64,000 nucleotides of DNA from Verrucomicrobiota bacterium (GCA_039818205.1 JBCBUK010000010.1:32001-96000), one strand, 5' to 3'. Positions 19,915 to 31,402 are shown, counted from the stretch's first letter. Notes: generated from the sequence alone by a model not told the origin. Program-made: numbers and translations.

Positions 19915-20910
19915 ATGGAGATCAACGCTTTGCGTTACCACGAGCACGGCAAACCCGCCGACGTGCTGAGGCTCGAATCCCTGGACTTGGCTGCGCCCGG
20001 TCCGGGTGAGGCTGTCGTTGCCCTGCGAGCAGCGGTGCTGCACCCGTCTGACCTGGGCATGATTGGGGGCGTGTATGGACGTCTGCGCGAACTACCAGCG
20101 GTCGCTGGCCGAGAAGGCGTTGGCGAGGTCCTGGCGATCGGTCCCGGCGTCTCGGGCCTGCGGGTGGGAGATCGAGTCCGCATGCCCGAAGATTCAGTTT
20201 TAGTTGATGCCTGCTTGGCCTCTGCTGAGGATCTGGATTTGGTTCCGGCGGAGTTGCCGATTGATCAGGCCGCGATGGCATTTATTAACCCGCCGACGGC
20301 CTATCGGTTACTCGAAGATTTTGTTGCCCTGGAATCGGGTGACTGGCTGATCCAAAATGCCGCTAATAGTGCCGTTGGCCAGTGCGTTATTTCGCTGGCG
20401 CGAGAACGTGGCGTAAGGACCATTAACCTGGTTCGGGATGTCACCAAGTGGAGTGATCGCCTCAAGGGCTTGGGGGCAGACCTGGTCCTGGCCGATAGCT
20501 CAGATTTCTTTAAGGAGATTCCTGAGCTCACTGGTGGGGCGAAAGCCAAGCTCGGGCTGAACTCGATTGGTGGAGACAGTGTCATCAAGATTATCCGCTG
20601 CATGGCGGAAAGCGGTGTCGTCGTGACCTTTGGCGGTATGGTGGGGGATAAGGTGCGGTTTCCAACGCGCAATCTCATATTTGATGACGTGAGCCTGCGG
20701 GGCTTTTGGATGGATCGATGGTCGCGAGTTCATGACCGCGCTGAGCGCCAGCAAATGCAGCAAGCCGTGTTTGAACTTCTTGCCCGAGGCGTTGTCGAAA
20801 TGGATGTCGCCGCCCGATTCCCGTTGTCGGAAGGTATTAATGCTTTTGCTGTAGCGAGCGAGTCTTCCCGCGATGGGAAGATAATCGTGACAGGAGACTA
20901 TTGTGGATAA
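19915..20910 (+). CDS. MDR-family 2-enoyl thioester reductase (Etr1/MECR-like)
   Basis: HPSDLGMIGGVY, INPPTAYRLL, IQNAANSAVGQ, LRGFW. Confidence 0.85.
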   Translation: MEINALRYHEHGKPADVLRLESLDLAAPGPGEAVVALRAAVLHPSDLGMIGGVYGRLRELPAVAGREGVGEVLAIGPGVSGLRVGDRVRMPEDSVLVDACLASAEDLDLVPAELPIDQAAMAFINPPTAYRLLEDFVALESGDWLIQNAANSAVGQCVISLARERGVRTINLVRDVTKWSDRLKGLGADLVLADSSDFFKEIPELTGGAKAKLGLNSIGGDSVIKIIRCMAESGVVVTFGGMVGDKVRFPTRNLIFDDVSLRGFWMDRWSRVHDRAERQQMQQAVFELLARGVVEMDVAARFPLSEGINAFAVASESSRDGKIIVTGDYCG

Positions 20911-20926
20911 CTTTGTAATGCAGAGT
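20910..20926. promoter_or_regulatory. ACTTTG-N5-CAAAGT operator-like palindrome, copy A (1 mismatch)
   Basis: ACTTTG-taatg-CAGAGT, 12 bp before the SNF2 ATG. Confidence 0.5.
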
Positions 20927-20938
20927 AATGTTTGAGAT

Positions 20939-23443
20939 ATGAGCGCCGGTCCCGCTTTACAGACATTTGTGATAGATCCAGACGCAACGCCGTTGCGCCT
21001 ACGCCTGTTGCTGCCTCCAAATCTGCCGCAGTGCGCGCCGCGGGATCGCATCCCGGTCAAGGTGGAGGCCTGGGTCGATGGCGAAGTGCTTGCGCCGGAC
21101 CGACTGAAGGGCGGCACCTATTGGGCTGAACCGCCCTATTTGTTCGCGGCGCTGCTCCTGGAAACCTGGAATGGTGGACGGCTTCCCGCGATGATGCAAT
21201 TGAGCCGGGACCAGATGAGTCAGTTGCTCCAACCCTTGACGGGCGAAAAAGCGGTATTCTCCTATCGTTCCCCGAAGCAGGCAATGGAGTGGGTTGATGG
21301 AAAACTGCCCGAGGTGCATCCGCATTTGACGATCACCAAAGAGCCCGAACCGAAGGAGGAAGAAGAGATACCGAAACCGCGCAAGGGCAAGGCACCGCCA
21401 CGACCCGAGGACCTGGGGTTGGCCCGAATGGTCGTGGATGGTTCGACTCATTTTTTAGCGATTACCCTGCCGTCGCGGGAGAGCTCGGTTTACGCGGAAG
21501 CGCTTGAGCTGGTGCAGGCCCATGGCTTTAGCCTCGAACCCTCGAACCGAAAGTGGTGGCTGCGTGATCGGCACAAGGCGCTCCAGTTTCTAGCGGAGCA
21601 TTGGTTGCGGTTGCGGAACCATTTTCGGGCGAAGTTTACCCCAAGTTTTCGCAAGCGGACCAAGAAGCTTCGCGAGCTGGAAGCCCGGGCCATTATTCAG
21701 GCTGATGGCGAAGACTTTTATACCGAAGTTGAGCTCTACGCTCCGGGCATTGATGCGCAGCAAATTGCGCAGGCCTTGAACAAAGGTCAGCCTTACTTGG
21801 AAACCCACCGCGGCGTTTTTCTCTTTGATAGCTCGAAGTTGAAGACGGTTGAGGAGGCGCAGCGACGGTTGACTGGGCAGGCCGATCGTATGCTCACCCC
21901 GCGGGCACGCCGGCGCGTCTCCAAAGAAGAAGCCATGGCGGTGGGGTCTGACCTGGAAGCCCTTGATGTCAAGATTGAGGCGCCGGAGGTTTGGCAACGC
22001 CGTAGCAATGCGCTCAAGGATTTGTCACTGCTGGAGGTCCCCCCCGTTGGTGAAGAGATCATCAAGCAACTTCGCCCCTACCAGGTGCTCGGAGCCGCGT
22101 GGCTTTGGCACCTCTACCGCAACAAGCTTGGGGGGATTTTGGCTGACGAAATGGGTCTGGGTAAAACACTGCAGGCCTTGATCTTATTGACCGCCGTGCA
22201 TGAGCAGACCAAGCAGCCTTGCCTCGTTGTTTGCCCGGCGGGTCTGGTTGAAAACTGGCGGCGGGAGTGTGCCAAGTTTACTCCAGACTTGAAAGTCTTT
22301 GCGCACCATCGCGAGAAGCGCCTGGAGGAAGGAGATCAAATAAATGACTACGGGATTATCATCACCTCGTATTCGACCCTGACCCGAGACGCCGAGATGT
22401 TTGAGACTGCGGAGTTTGCAATGGTCGTTGGTGATGAGGCGCAGCACGTGAAGAATCGCCAGACCCAAAATGCCAAGACTCTACGCAGCCTATATGCCGA
22501 GCGACGTTTTCTGCTGACCGGTACGCCGGTCGAGAATTCGCTGGAAGACCTACACTCGTTGTTCGATTTCATTATGCCGGGCTACTTAATTGATGCACCG
22601 GGCGGACTGACTTTGCAGCAGCGAGAATGGCACTCGAAGCGACTCCGTGAACGAGCAGCCCCCTATATTCTCCGCCGCTCCAAGCAAGAAGTTGCGCCAG
22701 AGTTGCCGGAGAAAATCGAACAGGTTCTTTACTGTGAGTTCGATGATGACCAGGAAGCACTCTACAAAAAGTATGAGGAGGATGCCCGCCGCGAGGTCTT
22801 TGAGCTCGAGATGTCGAATGCCTCCGAGGGTAAGTTACGTATGGCAGCATTCCAGCAGTTGTTGAAATTGCGTCAGTTGTGTATCGATCCCCGGCTTGCG
22901 GATAAGGAGGGCAAGGATCCCGTTTCGTCGGCCAAACTCGAAGCCTTCCTGGAGCTACTCGAGGAATCGCTGGATGGCGGACACCGCTTGCTCGTGTTCT
23001 CGCAGTTTACCTCGGCGCTCGCCTTGCTGAAGCAGGAGCTCGACGCACGTGCGGTTAAGTATTTTTACCTCGATGGCCAAACTCCGAAGCGAGCCACATT
23101 GTGTGAGAAGTTTAACAATGATGAGTCGGTTCCGGTTTTCCTGATCTCGCTGAAAGCCGGTGGCACGGGCTTGAACCTGACCGGGGCCGATACCGTGGTG
23201 CACTACGACCCATGGTGGAACCCGGCGGTGGAAGCGCAGGCAACAGACCGGGCGCACCGGATTGGCCAGGAGCGCAAGGTCACAAGCTACAAGCTGATCG
23301 TGAGCAACTCTGTCGAGGAGCGAGTGCTTTCGATGCAGCGTCAGAAGGCTGCATTGCTCAAGGATTTGTTTGAGGCCAGTGAGGCGGCTAATGCGAAGAT
23401 AAAGTTTGCCGACCTTAAAGCACTGCTGGAAGAACCGGAATAA
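20939..23443 (+). CDS. SNF2-family helicase/ATPase
   Basis: [56 protein letters not shown]. Confidence 0.95.
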   Translation: MSAGPALQTFVIDPDATPLRLRLLLPPNLPQCAPRDRIPVKVEAWVDGEVLAPDRLKGGTYWAEPPYLFAALLLETWNGGRLPAMMQLSRDQMSQLLQPLTGEKAVFSYRSPKQAMEWVDGKLPEVHPHLTITKEPEPKEEEEIPKPRKGKAPPRPEDLGLARMVVDGSTHFLAITLPSRESSVYAEALELVQAHGFSLEPSNRKWWLRDRHKALQFLAEHWLRLRNHFRAKFTPSFRKRTKKLRELEARAIIQADGEDFYTEVELYAPGIDAQQIAQALNKGQPYLETHRGVFLFDSSKLKTVEEAQRRLTGQADRMLTPRARRRVSKEEAMAVGSDLEALDVKIEAPEVWQRRSNALKDLSLLEVPPVGEEIIKQLRPYQVLGAAWLWHLYRNKLGGILADEMGLGKTLQALILLTAVHEQTKQPCLVVCPAGLVENWRRECAKFTPDLKVFAHHREKRLEEGDQINDYGIIITSYSTLTRDAEMFETAEFAMVVGDEAQHVKNRQTQNAKTLRSLYAERRFLLTGTPVENSLEDLHSLFDFIMPGYLIDAPGGLTLQQREWHSKRLRERAAPYILRRSKQEVAPELPEKIEQVLYCEFDDDQEALYKKYEEDARREVFELEMSNASEGKLRMAAFQQLLKLRQLCIDPRLADKEGKDPVSSAKLEAFLELLEESLDGGHRLLVFSQFTSALALLKQELDARAVKYFYLDGQTPKRATLCEKFNNDESVPVFLISLKAGGTGLNLTGADTVVHYDPWWNPAVEAQATDRAHRIGQERKVTSYKLIVSNSVEERVLSMQRQKAALLKDLFEASEAANAKIKFADLKALLEEPE

Positions 23444-23460
23444 ACTTTGCTAAACAAAGT
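23444..23460. promoter_or_regulatory. ACTTTG-N5-CAAAGT operator-like palindrome, copy B
   Basis: ACTTTG-ctaaa-CAAAGT; arms extend to 10 bp (23440-23464). Confidence 0.65.
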
Positions 23461-23492
23461 TTATCGGGAACATTGCGAATTAATTGGTGTTT

Positions 23493-23509
23493 ACTTTGTG
23501 AAGCAAAGT
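23493..23509. promoter_or_regulatory. ACTTTG-N5-CAAAGT operator-like palindrome, copy C
   Basis: ttACTTTG-tgaag-CAAAGTaa, 22 bp before the VIT gene ATG. Confidence 0.65.
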
Positions 23510-23531
23510 AATTCTGAACCACCGACTGATT

Positions 23532-25892
23532 ATGAACAAAGGCGATAAGGGACTGGGATCCCGCTCTGTAGTTTTCTCGCGTTTTGCCTCCGGCACGATG
23601 CTGCTATTTGGGGTCATTCTACCCGTTATCACGCTGGGATTTGAGCTGGCGACTCAAGGCTGTGCCGATCTGCTGTTTGATCCGATCCCGACCTATATAC
23701 ATGTCTTGCTTGTCGCGTTGGTCCCGATATCAAACCTGCTCATCCTGTGGGTAACTTGGTCGGTCGGGCAAGGCACTCAGAAGCGATGGATGCGGGCATT
23801 GAGCGGTGCTTCAATTTTCGTAAGCGGGCTCTATACCGTGGCATTTTTGCCAGTTACTCACGTTGCGGCGATCGGAGTCCTTTATTTTGGGTTCGGGTTA
23901 ATTCCGTTAACTCCGTTGATTTCCTTCGTGGTGTGCCTGTTCCTTTGGCGGCGATTGCGCCGGTGGCGAGCGTTGAATGATGAGGAGGAGCAACCGAATC
24001 GATTCTTCTCGTCGGGGATTGTGGGGGCGATTGGCGCATTCGCTTTGCTGGGGCTGCTTGAGATGCCTCGGGTTGCGACGATTTACGGTGTTCGGCAGGC
24101 AACATCTAACAGCGAGAGTGCGGGCGAACGGGGAATATGGCTGCTTCGGTTGATGGGTGACCGCGAGATGCTGTTGGACGATGCGATGGGCCAGAGTCAA
24201 CGCATTTGGTTCCGTTGGGGTGATACCTGGGGAGGTCGCGAGCAGGCGAGGCGACTCTATTACCGAGTCACTGGTGAGCCCTTCAATAGTCGACCGCTGC
24301 AAGAGCGTGGTTTATTTGATCCGTTCAGTGCGCGCTCTTGGGACCAGGATTTGGGTGGTACCCAGGTCGGCCAACGATTGGACGATGTCTACCTCATCGA
24401 GTCCCGCCTCGGCGGCGTTCTCTATCCAGAAGAAGGATCAGGCTATGTGGAGTGGACAATGGTTTTTCGTAACGACAACAGCGGCCTCGACCGTGAGGCG
24501 CGCTTCGTGTTGCGCCCGCCAAAAGATGGAGTGGTTTCGCGGGTTACGCTTTGGGTAAACGGCGAGCCACGCGAAGCCGCATTCGACAATACCTTCAAGG
24601 TTCGCGAGGCCTATCAAGAGGTCGCAGTCAGGCAACGCCTCGATCCCTTGTTGGTAACGTCTCTGGGACCAGATCTGGTCCTCGTTCAATGCTTTCCGAT
24701 CCCACCTGCCAGCGGTGAGATGAAGATTCGCATCGGGATGAGTTTTCCGTTGAACCCGGCCGAGCCCGAATGGCAAAGCGCTCCGCTACCCATGATCGCG
24801 GACCAGAACTTTCGGTTGGAACCCGGGTTGCAGCACTCACTTTGGTATGAATCCGAGGGGACGATGAAAATGAAGCACCCATGGCTCGCGCGCGCCAAGG
24901 GTCTTCAATCGGAATCGGATCTACGTTTGCTGCTGGACGACGATGAATATCGGGATTCGGCGGGAATTGCTGTTTTGGGGGAGCACATTCGCCCGCTCCT
25001 GGGATACTCGCCAGTCAATGAGCAGTACTATCTAGTCGAACGCACGCCTCAGGAGCAATCTAGCGATTCGGCCGTGTTTGCAGTCGTTGATGGATCCGCT
25101 GATATGGCGGAGCATGCTGAGCGCATTGGCAAATGGTTGTCGAGATTTCCCGAGGCAACGGTTTGGTTTGCGGGAGATCGTGTTGAAAAGATTACCGGGG
25201 CGGGTGCGGACGTTGCCGAGCAGCTTGCAAGGAGCAGTTTTAAGGGGGGGCAGGATAGCGTCCCGGCACTTAGTCAGGCCTTGAGTGAAACCATCCGGCG
25301 TGGAGACGAGAGCAATACAGTGCTTCATTGGTTCTACGGTGACCAGCCGGTATTGCTTTCGAGTCCCGATCAGATCAGCCAATACTATGAGCGTGGGAAT
25401 CCCGGGGTTACGATTGTTGCCTGTCCGATGTGGGTCGTGGTCAATCGCCTGCGCGAGCGACCACCCTTGGAGTACGCAGCAACTGGGTATGGTTCTAACT
25501 TTGCTTGGCAAAGTTGGACTGCTACACCGATCGGGCTCGAGCAGCAGGGCACTAAGATCGGTCAAGCCCATCTATTTCGAGCGGCTTTTGCGAGAGAGCT
25601 ACGACAGGATCTCCTGACCATGCTGGAAAACCAAGGGCGATTCAATCGGGGGGATTACCAAGAGCAGATGAAAGCATTTGCCAAGGAGGCCTCTGAGCTA
25701 CAGTTGGTGACCCTAGTGACGGGAGCGGTCGTGCTTGAGACAGCGCAACAGTACGAGGACAATGACTTGGAGCCGGTGGATCCTGATACGGTTCCGAGCG
25801 TGCCGGAACCGGCGCAAGCAGCTTTGATCATGGGGCTCGTTATGTTTGGTGCCCTGGCCGTTTTAAAAATACGTCGTCGCCGTGCGCGCTAA
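23532..25892 (+). CDS. integral membrane VIT-domain protein with PEP-CTERM sorting signal
   Basis: About 5 N-terminal TMs, VIT-like EWTMVFRN...EARF...VSRVTLWVNGEPREAAF...RLDPLLV, vWA-like VVDGS, C-terminal VPEP-hydrophobic-RRRRAR. Confidence 0.85.
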   Translation: MNKGDKGLGSRSVVFSRFASGTMLLFGVILPVITLGFELATQGCADLLFDPIPTYIHVLLVALVPISNLLILWVTWSVGQGTQKRWMRALSGASIFVSGLYTVAFLPVTHVAAIGVLYFGFGLIPLTPLISFVVCLFLWRRLRRWRALNDEEEQPNRFFSSGIVGAIGAFALLGLLEMPRVATIYGVRQATSNSESAGERGIWLLRLMGDREMLLDDAMGQSQRIWFRWGDTWGGREQARRLYYRVTGEPFNSRPLQERGLFDPFSARSWDQDLGGTQVGQRLDDVYLIESRLGGVLYPEEGSGYVEWTMVFRNDNSGLDREARFVLRPPKDGVVSRVTLWVNGEPREAAFDNTFKVREAYQEVAVRQRLDPLLVTSLGPDLVLVQCFPIPPASGEMKIRIGMSFPLNPAEPEWQSAPLPMIADQNFRLEPGLQHSLWYESEGTMKMKHPWLARAKGLQSESDLRLLLDDDEYRDSAGIAVLGEHIRPLLGYSPVNEQYYLVERTPQEQSSDSAVFAVVDGSADMAEHAERIGKWLSRFPEATVWFAGDRVEKITGAGADVAEQLARSSFKGGQDSVPALSQALSETIRRGDESNTVLHWFYGDQPVLLSSPDQISQYYERGNPGVTIVACPMWVVVNRLRERPPLEYAATGYGSNFAWQSWTATPIGLEQQGTKIGQAHLFRAAFARELRQDLLTMLENQGRFNRGDYQEQMKAFAKEASELQLVTLVTGAVVLETAQQYEDNDLEPVDPDTVPSVPEPAQAALIMGLVMFGALAVLKIRRRRAR

Positions 25893-27376
25893 AGCAGGGG
25901 GCTGGCTAGGCGGACGATGTTCTCCAGGACGCGATTTCCGATCGGGCGCCGCGACCATTCGTCAAGAAACAACTCCTTAGCCTGGGAGATGTAGTGAAAC
26001 TGAGTGTAGCGTAGGTGCTCGGTAAAATCCCGGTTATAAACAAACAAGGTTACCTCGTGGTTGAGCCAAACGCTGCGCATGTCGAAATTAACGGACCCGA
26101 CTAAGCAGAACTCCTGATCGATCGTGATGGTCTTCGCGTGGAGTAATCCACCGGTAAACCGCATGATGCGCACTCCAACCTCGAGCAATGAATCATAGTG
26201 CGAACGTGAGGCATGGCGCACCAGCCACGAATCATTCTCCGCCGGAACGACCACAGTTACCTTCACCCCGCGTTTAGCCGCGGTGCGGAGTGCGGAATGC
26301 AGGGCGTCGTCGGGAACGAAATACGGGGTCGTGATGATTAACTCCTGGCGCGCACTGTAGATGGTTGAGAGTAGCAACTGATAAATGGCGTCCGGATAGA
26401 AGCCCGGCCCCGATGGAACCACCTGCACGTTTGCGTTACCATCGGCGGGTTGACGTTTCACGCCATTGTCTTCGTTAAGGTCGACCTGCCGCCCGCCGGT
26501 CTCCACATCCCAGTCTGCGAGAAAGGTGGTCGCGAGAACTTCGACGGCGGGGCCTTTGACTCGGACCATGAGATCGACCCATTGCCCGACACCGGCATCC
26601 TGCTTGAAATAGCGGGCATCAACCAGATTCAGGCTCCCCGTATAGGCGACGTTACCATCAATGACGACAATCTTGCGGTGCAGCCGTAAATCTTGCCGAC
26701 GAAAAACGGCCCGGAATACACCGGCCGGCAGCGCTTCAACAATGCGCAACCCGTCCTTGCGGGCACGCTCGCAGTTTTCGGATTTCAAGAAGGCGGCGCT
26801 ACCAACCGAGTCTAGAAGGATGCGGGTGCTGACTCCGCGTTTATGCGCTCGGATGACTGCTTCGAGCACCTCGTCGGCTAGGCCGCCGTTGTGCCAGATG
26901 TAGAACTCCATGTAGAGAGTTTCCTGGGCGCGGTCGATGTCTTCGATAAAGGCTTTGAGAACGCTGTCGCAATCGTCGAGGAGGTCCAGGTTGTTGCCGG
27001 GCAGGGTAGGGGTGCCTTCCGTTTGAGAGGCTAGCCGGTCCAAATACTTCGCGGCTTCCGGAGCGGTGTTCCAATCAACGGAAAAGCCATCGGCGAGTGA
27101 CGCGATCCAGGTTTTGTATGGGCCGATGAGCTCACGAATGCGTTTTTCGCGCCGAGTGCCAAGGCGCAGTTCGCCAAGCAGCAGGTAGAGGCCAACACCG
27201 AGGCAGGGGACGAGCAGCATCACGCTGACCCAGGCCAGCGTAGCACCCACGCTCTTGCGCGACATGATCACCCGGATACTGAAGGTAAGCGAGAGCACCC
27301 AATGGAAAAACAATGGGGTGAAGAACCAGAAACTGGTCTCCGATTCCAGTGCGGTCAGAGTGATGTAGGCGATCAC
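25889..27376 (-). CDS. cls: cardiolipin synthase
   Basis: Two HKD motifs (HRKIVVID, HAKTITID), N-terminal TMs, TPYFVPD, GSVNFDMRS. Confidence 0.95.
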   Translation of the reverse strand: MIAYITLTALESETSFWFFTPLFFHWVLSLTFSIRVIMSRKSVGATLAWVSVMLLVPCLGVGLYLLLGELRLGTRREKRIRELIGPYKTWIASLADGFSVDWNTAPEAAKYLDRLASQTEGTPTLPGNNLDLLDDCDSVLKAFIEDIDRAQETLYMEFYIWHNGGLADEVLEAVIRAHKRGVSTRILLDSVGSAAFLKSENCERARKDGLRIVEALPAGVFRAVFRRQDLRLHRKIVVIDGNVAYTGSLNLVDARYFKQDAGVGQWVDLMVRVKGPAVEVLATTFLADWDVETGGRQVDLNEDNGVKRQPADGNANVQVVPSGPGFYPDAIYQLLLSTIYSARQELIITTPYFVPDDALHSALRTAAKRGVKVTVVVPAENDSWLVRHASRSHYDSLLEVGVRIMRFTGGLLHAKTITIDQEFCLVGSVNFDMRSVWLNHEVTLFVYNRDFTEHLRYTQFHYISQAKELFLDEWSRRPIGNRVLENIVRLASPLL

Positions 27377-27440
27377 CAGAAAATACTAAGCGCGCCAACC
27401 GCATAGTGGAAAGTTAATTCGGTAGATCCGCTAGCGCTCG

Positions 27441-28157
27441 TCAATACACGCCAATCGTCATTTCCATGGGCAGGCCGACGGCGTCGTATACGGGAGCGGC
27501 TGGAATGGCTTTCAGTTCCTTGGCTGACTTGGCCATGACGGCGAGAGCCATCGCATCAACAATATCATCGAGCGCGGCATCCTTGCGGTAGGTACTCGTC
27601 TTCGCGTAGGCAAAGAGATCGCGACTGTGTTCGTAATGGCGCTGTAGAACTTGCAGGCGGCCTTGAATGCCCGCCTTCTGTTTCTTGGAGACTCGAAGTG
27701 CCTTGCGGTTGTTCATGCAGGCAAAGGCGAGCTCGGGGTGAGCTTCGCGCGTGCGGTCGACGTAATTGCGGTTGTTGCGCAATACAATATCCAGCTCATG
27801 TATCTTGGGCGCTATGTTATAGCTCTGGAGGGAAATCTTCTTGCCGAGGATGAGCTTGCTGATTCGGCAGGCTTCCTCGTGGTTGGGCGCGGTGAGGGTG
27901 CGCCGCGGCGGTGGATCAAATACGCGGGATGTCATTCCCTTGCCGAGGAGTTTTCGGGCAATCGTGTCGCACTCGCGTACCGGATGCATGGTGTCGGGCA
28001 GGCCGATTGGCATATCGATCAAGAAAAGATCAGCTGATTCATGGGCAATCAGTGCCTCATAGACGGTGCCAAACAAACCGACAGAGCCATCTCCGTTGTC
28101 GCCGATGGCTACGGCGAGCCAACCAGCTTTACATCCATCTATTCCAATAACTTGCAT
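27441..28157 (-). CDS. DUF429 family protein (predicted RNase H-like nuclease)
   Basis: MQVIGIDGCKAGW, IDMPIGL, EAHPELAF, DDIVDA, GLPM. Confidence 0.85.
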   Translation of the reverse strand: MQVIGIDGCKAGWLAVAIGDNGDGSVGLFGTVYEALIAHESADLFLIDMPIGLPDTMHPVRECDTIARKLLGKGMTSRVFDPPPRRTLTAPNHEEACRISKLILGKKISLQSYNIAPKIHELDIVLRNNRNYVDRTREAHPELAFACMNNRKALRVSKKQKAGIQGRLQVLQRHYEHSRDLFAYAKTSTYRKDAALDDIVDAMALAVMAKSAKELKAIPAAPVYDAVGLPMEMTIGVY

Positions 28158-28218
28158 CCTGCATTGACGTGGCACGCCACCACGAATTGGATTATAGCAT
28201 ATCAAGTACATTTTCCAG

Positions 28219-28725
28219 ATGATGGCAACAACAACAAGTCAATCTCCCGCAGTCGGGGTAATCATGGGAAGTCAATCAGACTGGGAAACCATGAGTCACA
28301 CCGCGGAAACGCTAGCCGAATTGGCGATTCCTTTTGAAAAACTGATCGTTAGTGCTCACCGCACACCCGACCGGATGGTCGACTATGCGCGCTCGGCCGA
28401 AGAGCGCGGCATTAAGGTCATCATCGCAGGTGCTGGTGGAGCGGCCCACCTGCCCGGGATGACGGCGGCTTTGACGCATCTTCCCGTGTTCGGTGTGCCA
28501 GTACAGAGCAAGGCGCTCAACGGAATGGACTCGCTTTTGTCGATCGTGCAAATGCCCGCGGGTATCCCGACTCCGACTTTGGCGATCGGTCGGGCGGGCG
28601 CAATCAACGCCGCTTTGTCCGCCGCATCGGTCCTGTCACTTTCTGATCCAGAGCTTCGGGATCGTCTTGTCGCCTACCGCGATGGGTTGAAAGCAACAGT
28701 CGAGGCGATGAGCTTGCCAGAGTAG
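28219..28725 (+). CDS. purE: N5-CAIR mutase
   Basis: [39 protein letters not shown]. Confidence 0.98.
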   Translation: MMATTTSQSPAVGVIMGSQSDWETMSHTAETLAELAIPFEKLIVSAHRTPDRMVDYARSAEERGIKVIIAGAGGAAHLPGMTAALTHLPVFGVPVQSKALNGMDSLLSIVQMPAGIPTPTLAIGRAGAINAALSAASVLSLSDPELRDRLVAYRDGLKATVEAMSLPE

Positions 28726-28734
28726 TCCGGCGAT

Positions 28735-29697
28735 CTATTCGTTGTTTTCGACCAAGCTGAATACATCGGATTTGACGAGGCCCACGAGTTCACCTTCGTG
28801 ATACACGGCAAACTCTCGGCCCGACTCAGCCGCAATATAATAGGCGAAGGAATCGAGTGGCCAATCAGCCTGGAGCTTGTGCTTGGTGGCGCGGAGCTCG
28901 GCTTCTTGTGACGGCAGGAATCCTTGCATGATGTCGGCAACCGTTTGCCCGGACAGATGCTGAAGCCGTTTGACACTCTTGTATTCTTCCTCACCAGCAA
29001 TCCATATCGTCACCAGCAGAATAACCAGCAGGTAGTTCTGGGAGTAAAGCAGGGCATAGCCAATGCCAGCTGCAGCCAGGATCTTTGAAAGCGTCGCGGC
29101 GACGAATGTCGCTCGCGGGTAGGAGATCCTCGTTGCGAGGATGGCACGAAAGATTCGCCCGCCATCCATCGGGAAAATGGGTAGCAGATTGAACAGCCCC
29201 ATGAGGATGTTCCAACTCAGCAGGATCCACACGAAGCTTTCCCATTGGAATGAGCGGAGGTGGTTGTAGAAGCTCCAGCCAGGGTTCTTCACCGCTCGCT
29301 CAATCCCATCAATGACAAACCCTACATTCTGGTAGCGCCAGACAAGGATTCCAAAAAAGAGAATAGCCAAGGCGAAATTGACCAGCGGTCCATTGATGGT
29401 AATGATAAATTCCTTCCGCGGCTCTTTTGGGATCGCTGCAATTTGGGCCATCCCGCCAATCGGCAATAAGACAATGCGCGGCACGGGGATCCCATAATAC
29501 ATCGCCGTCAAACTATGGCCCAGCTCGTGGAGAACCACTGAGGCGAATACCAGAATGATCGTTGCCATCCCGATCAGCGCTCCGGTGGTGCCCGCGTACT
29601 GGTTGCCAATGTAGGCATAATAACCAAGCAGTAGCAGGAAGGTGAAATGAACCTCCAGCCGGATTCCAAAAAGGCGGCATATTTTCAAAGAATACAT
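28735..29697 (-). CDS. site-2 protease (M50 family)
   Basis: LHELGH, GPLVN, FNLLPIFPMDGGR. Confidence 0.92.
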   Translation of the reverse strand: MYSLKICRLFGIRLEVHFTFLLLLGYYAYIGNQYAGTTGALIGMATIILVFASVVLHELGHSLTAMYYGIPVPRIVLLPIGGMAQIAAIPKEPRKEFIITINGPLVNFALAILFFGILVWRYQNVGFVIDGIERAVKNPGWSFYNHLRSFQWESFVWILLSWNILMGLFNLLPIFPMDGGRIFRAILATRISYPRATFVAATLSKILAAAGIGYALLYSQNYLLVILLVTIWIAGEEEYKSVKRLQHLSGQTVADIMQGFLPSQEAELRATKHKLQADWPLDSFAYYIAAESGREFAVYHEGELVGLVKSDVFSLVENNE

Positions 29698-29796
29698 CGA
29701 TACTTGCGCTTATACAAAACCCCTTTACCTTAGTTCCAATATTAATCCGCGCAATTCTTTGAGCAATTGGCGGTCGTTGAGTTAGAAATCGAAAAT

Positions 29797-31332
29797 ATGG
29801 CTGGTGCACAAAATATCTTGGTAATCGATGACGACGAGGGCTTGCGTTACTCGCTTGAGCGGGTGCTGTCCGCGCGCGGCTATATGATTTTGCAGGCATC
29901 ATCGGGCGAAGAAGGTTTGAAAGTCGCTGAAAACGAGAATCCATCGGTTATCCTGCTGGACAATCGTATGGGTGGTATTACCGGGATCGAAACCTTGCAG
30001 CACCTGCGGTCAGTCAGTCCAGATTCCATGGTAATCCTGATGACTGCCTTTGGGACGACCCAGACGGCGATTGAAGCCATGAAGTTCGGTGCGTTCGATT
30101 ACATCATCAAGCCATTTGATGTGGCCAAGATTCTTGGCCTGATCGAGAAAGCCCTCGCCGCGTATGCTGACTTGCACCAGTCCAAGGACACTTACGAGCC
30201 GACTGTTAATCACGAAGACTACCGCGAAGGCATCGTTGGTTCCTCGGAGTCCATGCAGGATGTCTTCAAGACGATTGGCCAAGTAGCCGCGAGTGATGTC
30301 ACCGTGATGATTACCGGTGAGAGTGGAACGGGTAAAGAACTCGTTGCGCGCTGCATCTATCAGCACAGCTTGCGCAGCGGTCGTCCGTTTATTGCGGTAA
30401 ACTGTGCGGCGATACCTGAGAATCTTATTGAGAGTGAGCTTTTTGGCCATGAGAAGGGCTCCTTTACGGGCGCCACTAATCAGCGCCGGGGAAAGTTTGA
30501 ACTTTGCGACGGTGGAACGATCTTTCTGGACGAAATCGGGGACATGTCCCTGACCACTCAAACGAAGATTTTGCGGGCAACCCAAGAAGGAGAAATTCAG
30601 CGGGTTGGTGGCAATGAAACCATCAAGGTCGACGTTCGGCTGATTGCTGCGACTAACAAGGATCTCGAGAAACTGGTCGAGGAGGGCGAGTTTCGTGAAG
30701 ACCTATATTACCGGCTCAACGTGGTTCGCCTGCGCTTGCCGTCCCTCCGTGAGCGCAAGGATGACATTCCGGCTTTGGTCGATTACATGCTCCAGAAACT
30801 CGGCCGAGACCGTAAAACCCACGCAAAGCGGTTTTCCGCTGATGCGATGGGTATCCTGACCGTCTACGATTGGCCCGGCAATGTGCGTGAGCTTGAGAAC
30901 CTAGTCTACCGCAGCGGTGTGGTGGCCGGGGGCGAAGCCATCCTAAGGAAAGACCTGCCGGAGGAGCTATTGGCCCGGTTTGGCGATGGCGTCTCACCGG
31001 TTGCCGGGAGTTCCGCGCCCTTTAGTGAGTCGAGCGAGGCCGCACCATCGGAAGCGGCAGAGGAGGTACCCGCTGCTGTGAAAGCGGCACCAACAGATGC
31101 GGCTCAACCTGTCTCCACGGCGGGGGTTGTTGGGCTCGAAGCTGCGTGCAATCAACTCTATCGCGTTCTGCGAGAGTCGACTGATGAGAATATTTTGGGC
31201 GAAATCGAGCGTGAGATGATCATTCGCGCCCTGAAGGAGTTCGACGGCAACCAGGTCAAAACCGCGAAACTGCTTGGGATCACCCGAGCCACTCTGCGGA
31301 AGCGAATTGAGCAGTTTGATTTGAAGGTCTAG
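29797..31332 (+). CDS. sigma-54-dependent response regulator (NtrC family)
   Basis: REC domain, [33 protein letters not shown], Fis-type HTH at the C-terminus. Confidence 0.95.
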   Translation: MAGAQNILVIDDDEGLRYSLERVLSARGYMILQASSGEEGLKVAENENPSVILLDNRMGGITGIETLQHLRSVSPDSMVILMTAFGTTQTAIEAMKFGAFDYIIKPFDVAKILGLIEKALAAYADLHQSKDTYEPTVNHEDYREGIVGSSESMQDVFKTIGQVAASDVTVMITGESGTGKELVARCIYQHSLRSGRPFIAVNCAAIPENLIESELFGHEKGSFTGATNQRRGKFELCDGGTIFLDEIGDMSLTTQTKILRATQEGEIQRVGGNETIKVDVRLIAATNKDLEKLVEEGEFREDLYYRLNVVRLRLPSLRERKDDIPALVDYMLQKLGRDRKTHAKRFSADAMGILTVYDWPGNVRELENLVYRSGVVAGGEAILRKDLPEELLARFGDGVSPVAGSSAPFSESSEAAPSEAAEEVPAAVKAAPTDAAQPVSTAGVVGLEAACNQLYRVLRESTDENILGEIEREMIIRALKEFDGNQVKTAKLLGITRATLRKRIEQFDLKV

Positions 31333-31402
31333 GGCCACCATAGCCTGGAAAAAAGCGTTGAGTCTCCAGATTGGGTTTGCCAATCTCTCTCGCTTTTCAC
31401 CC

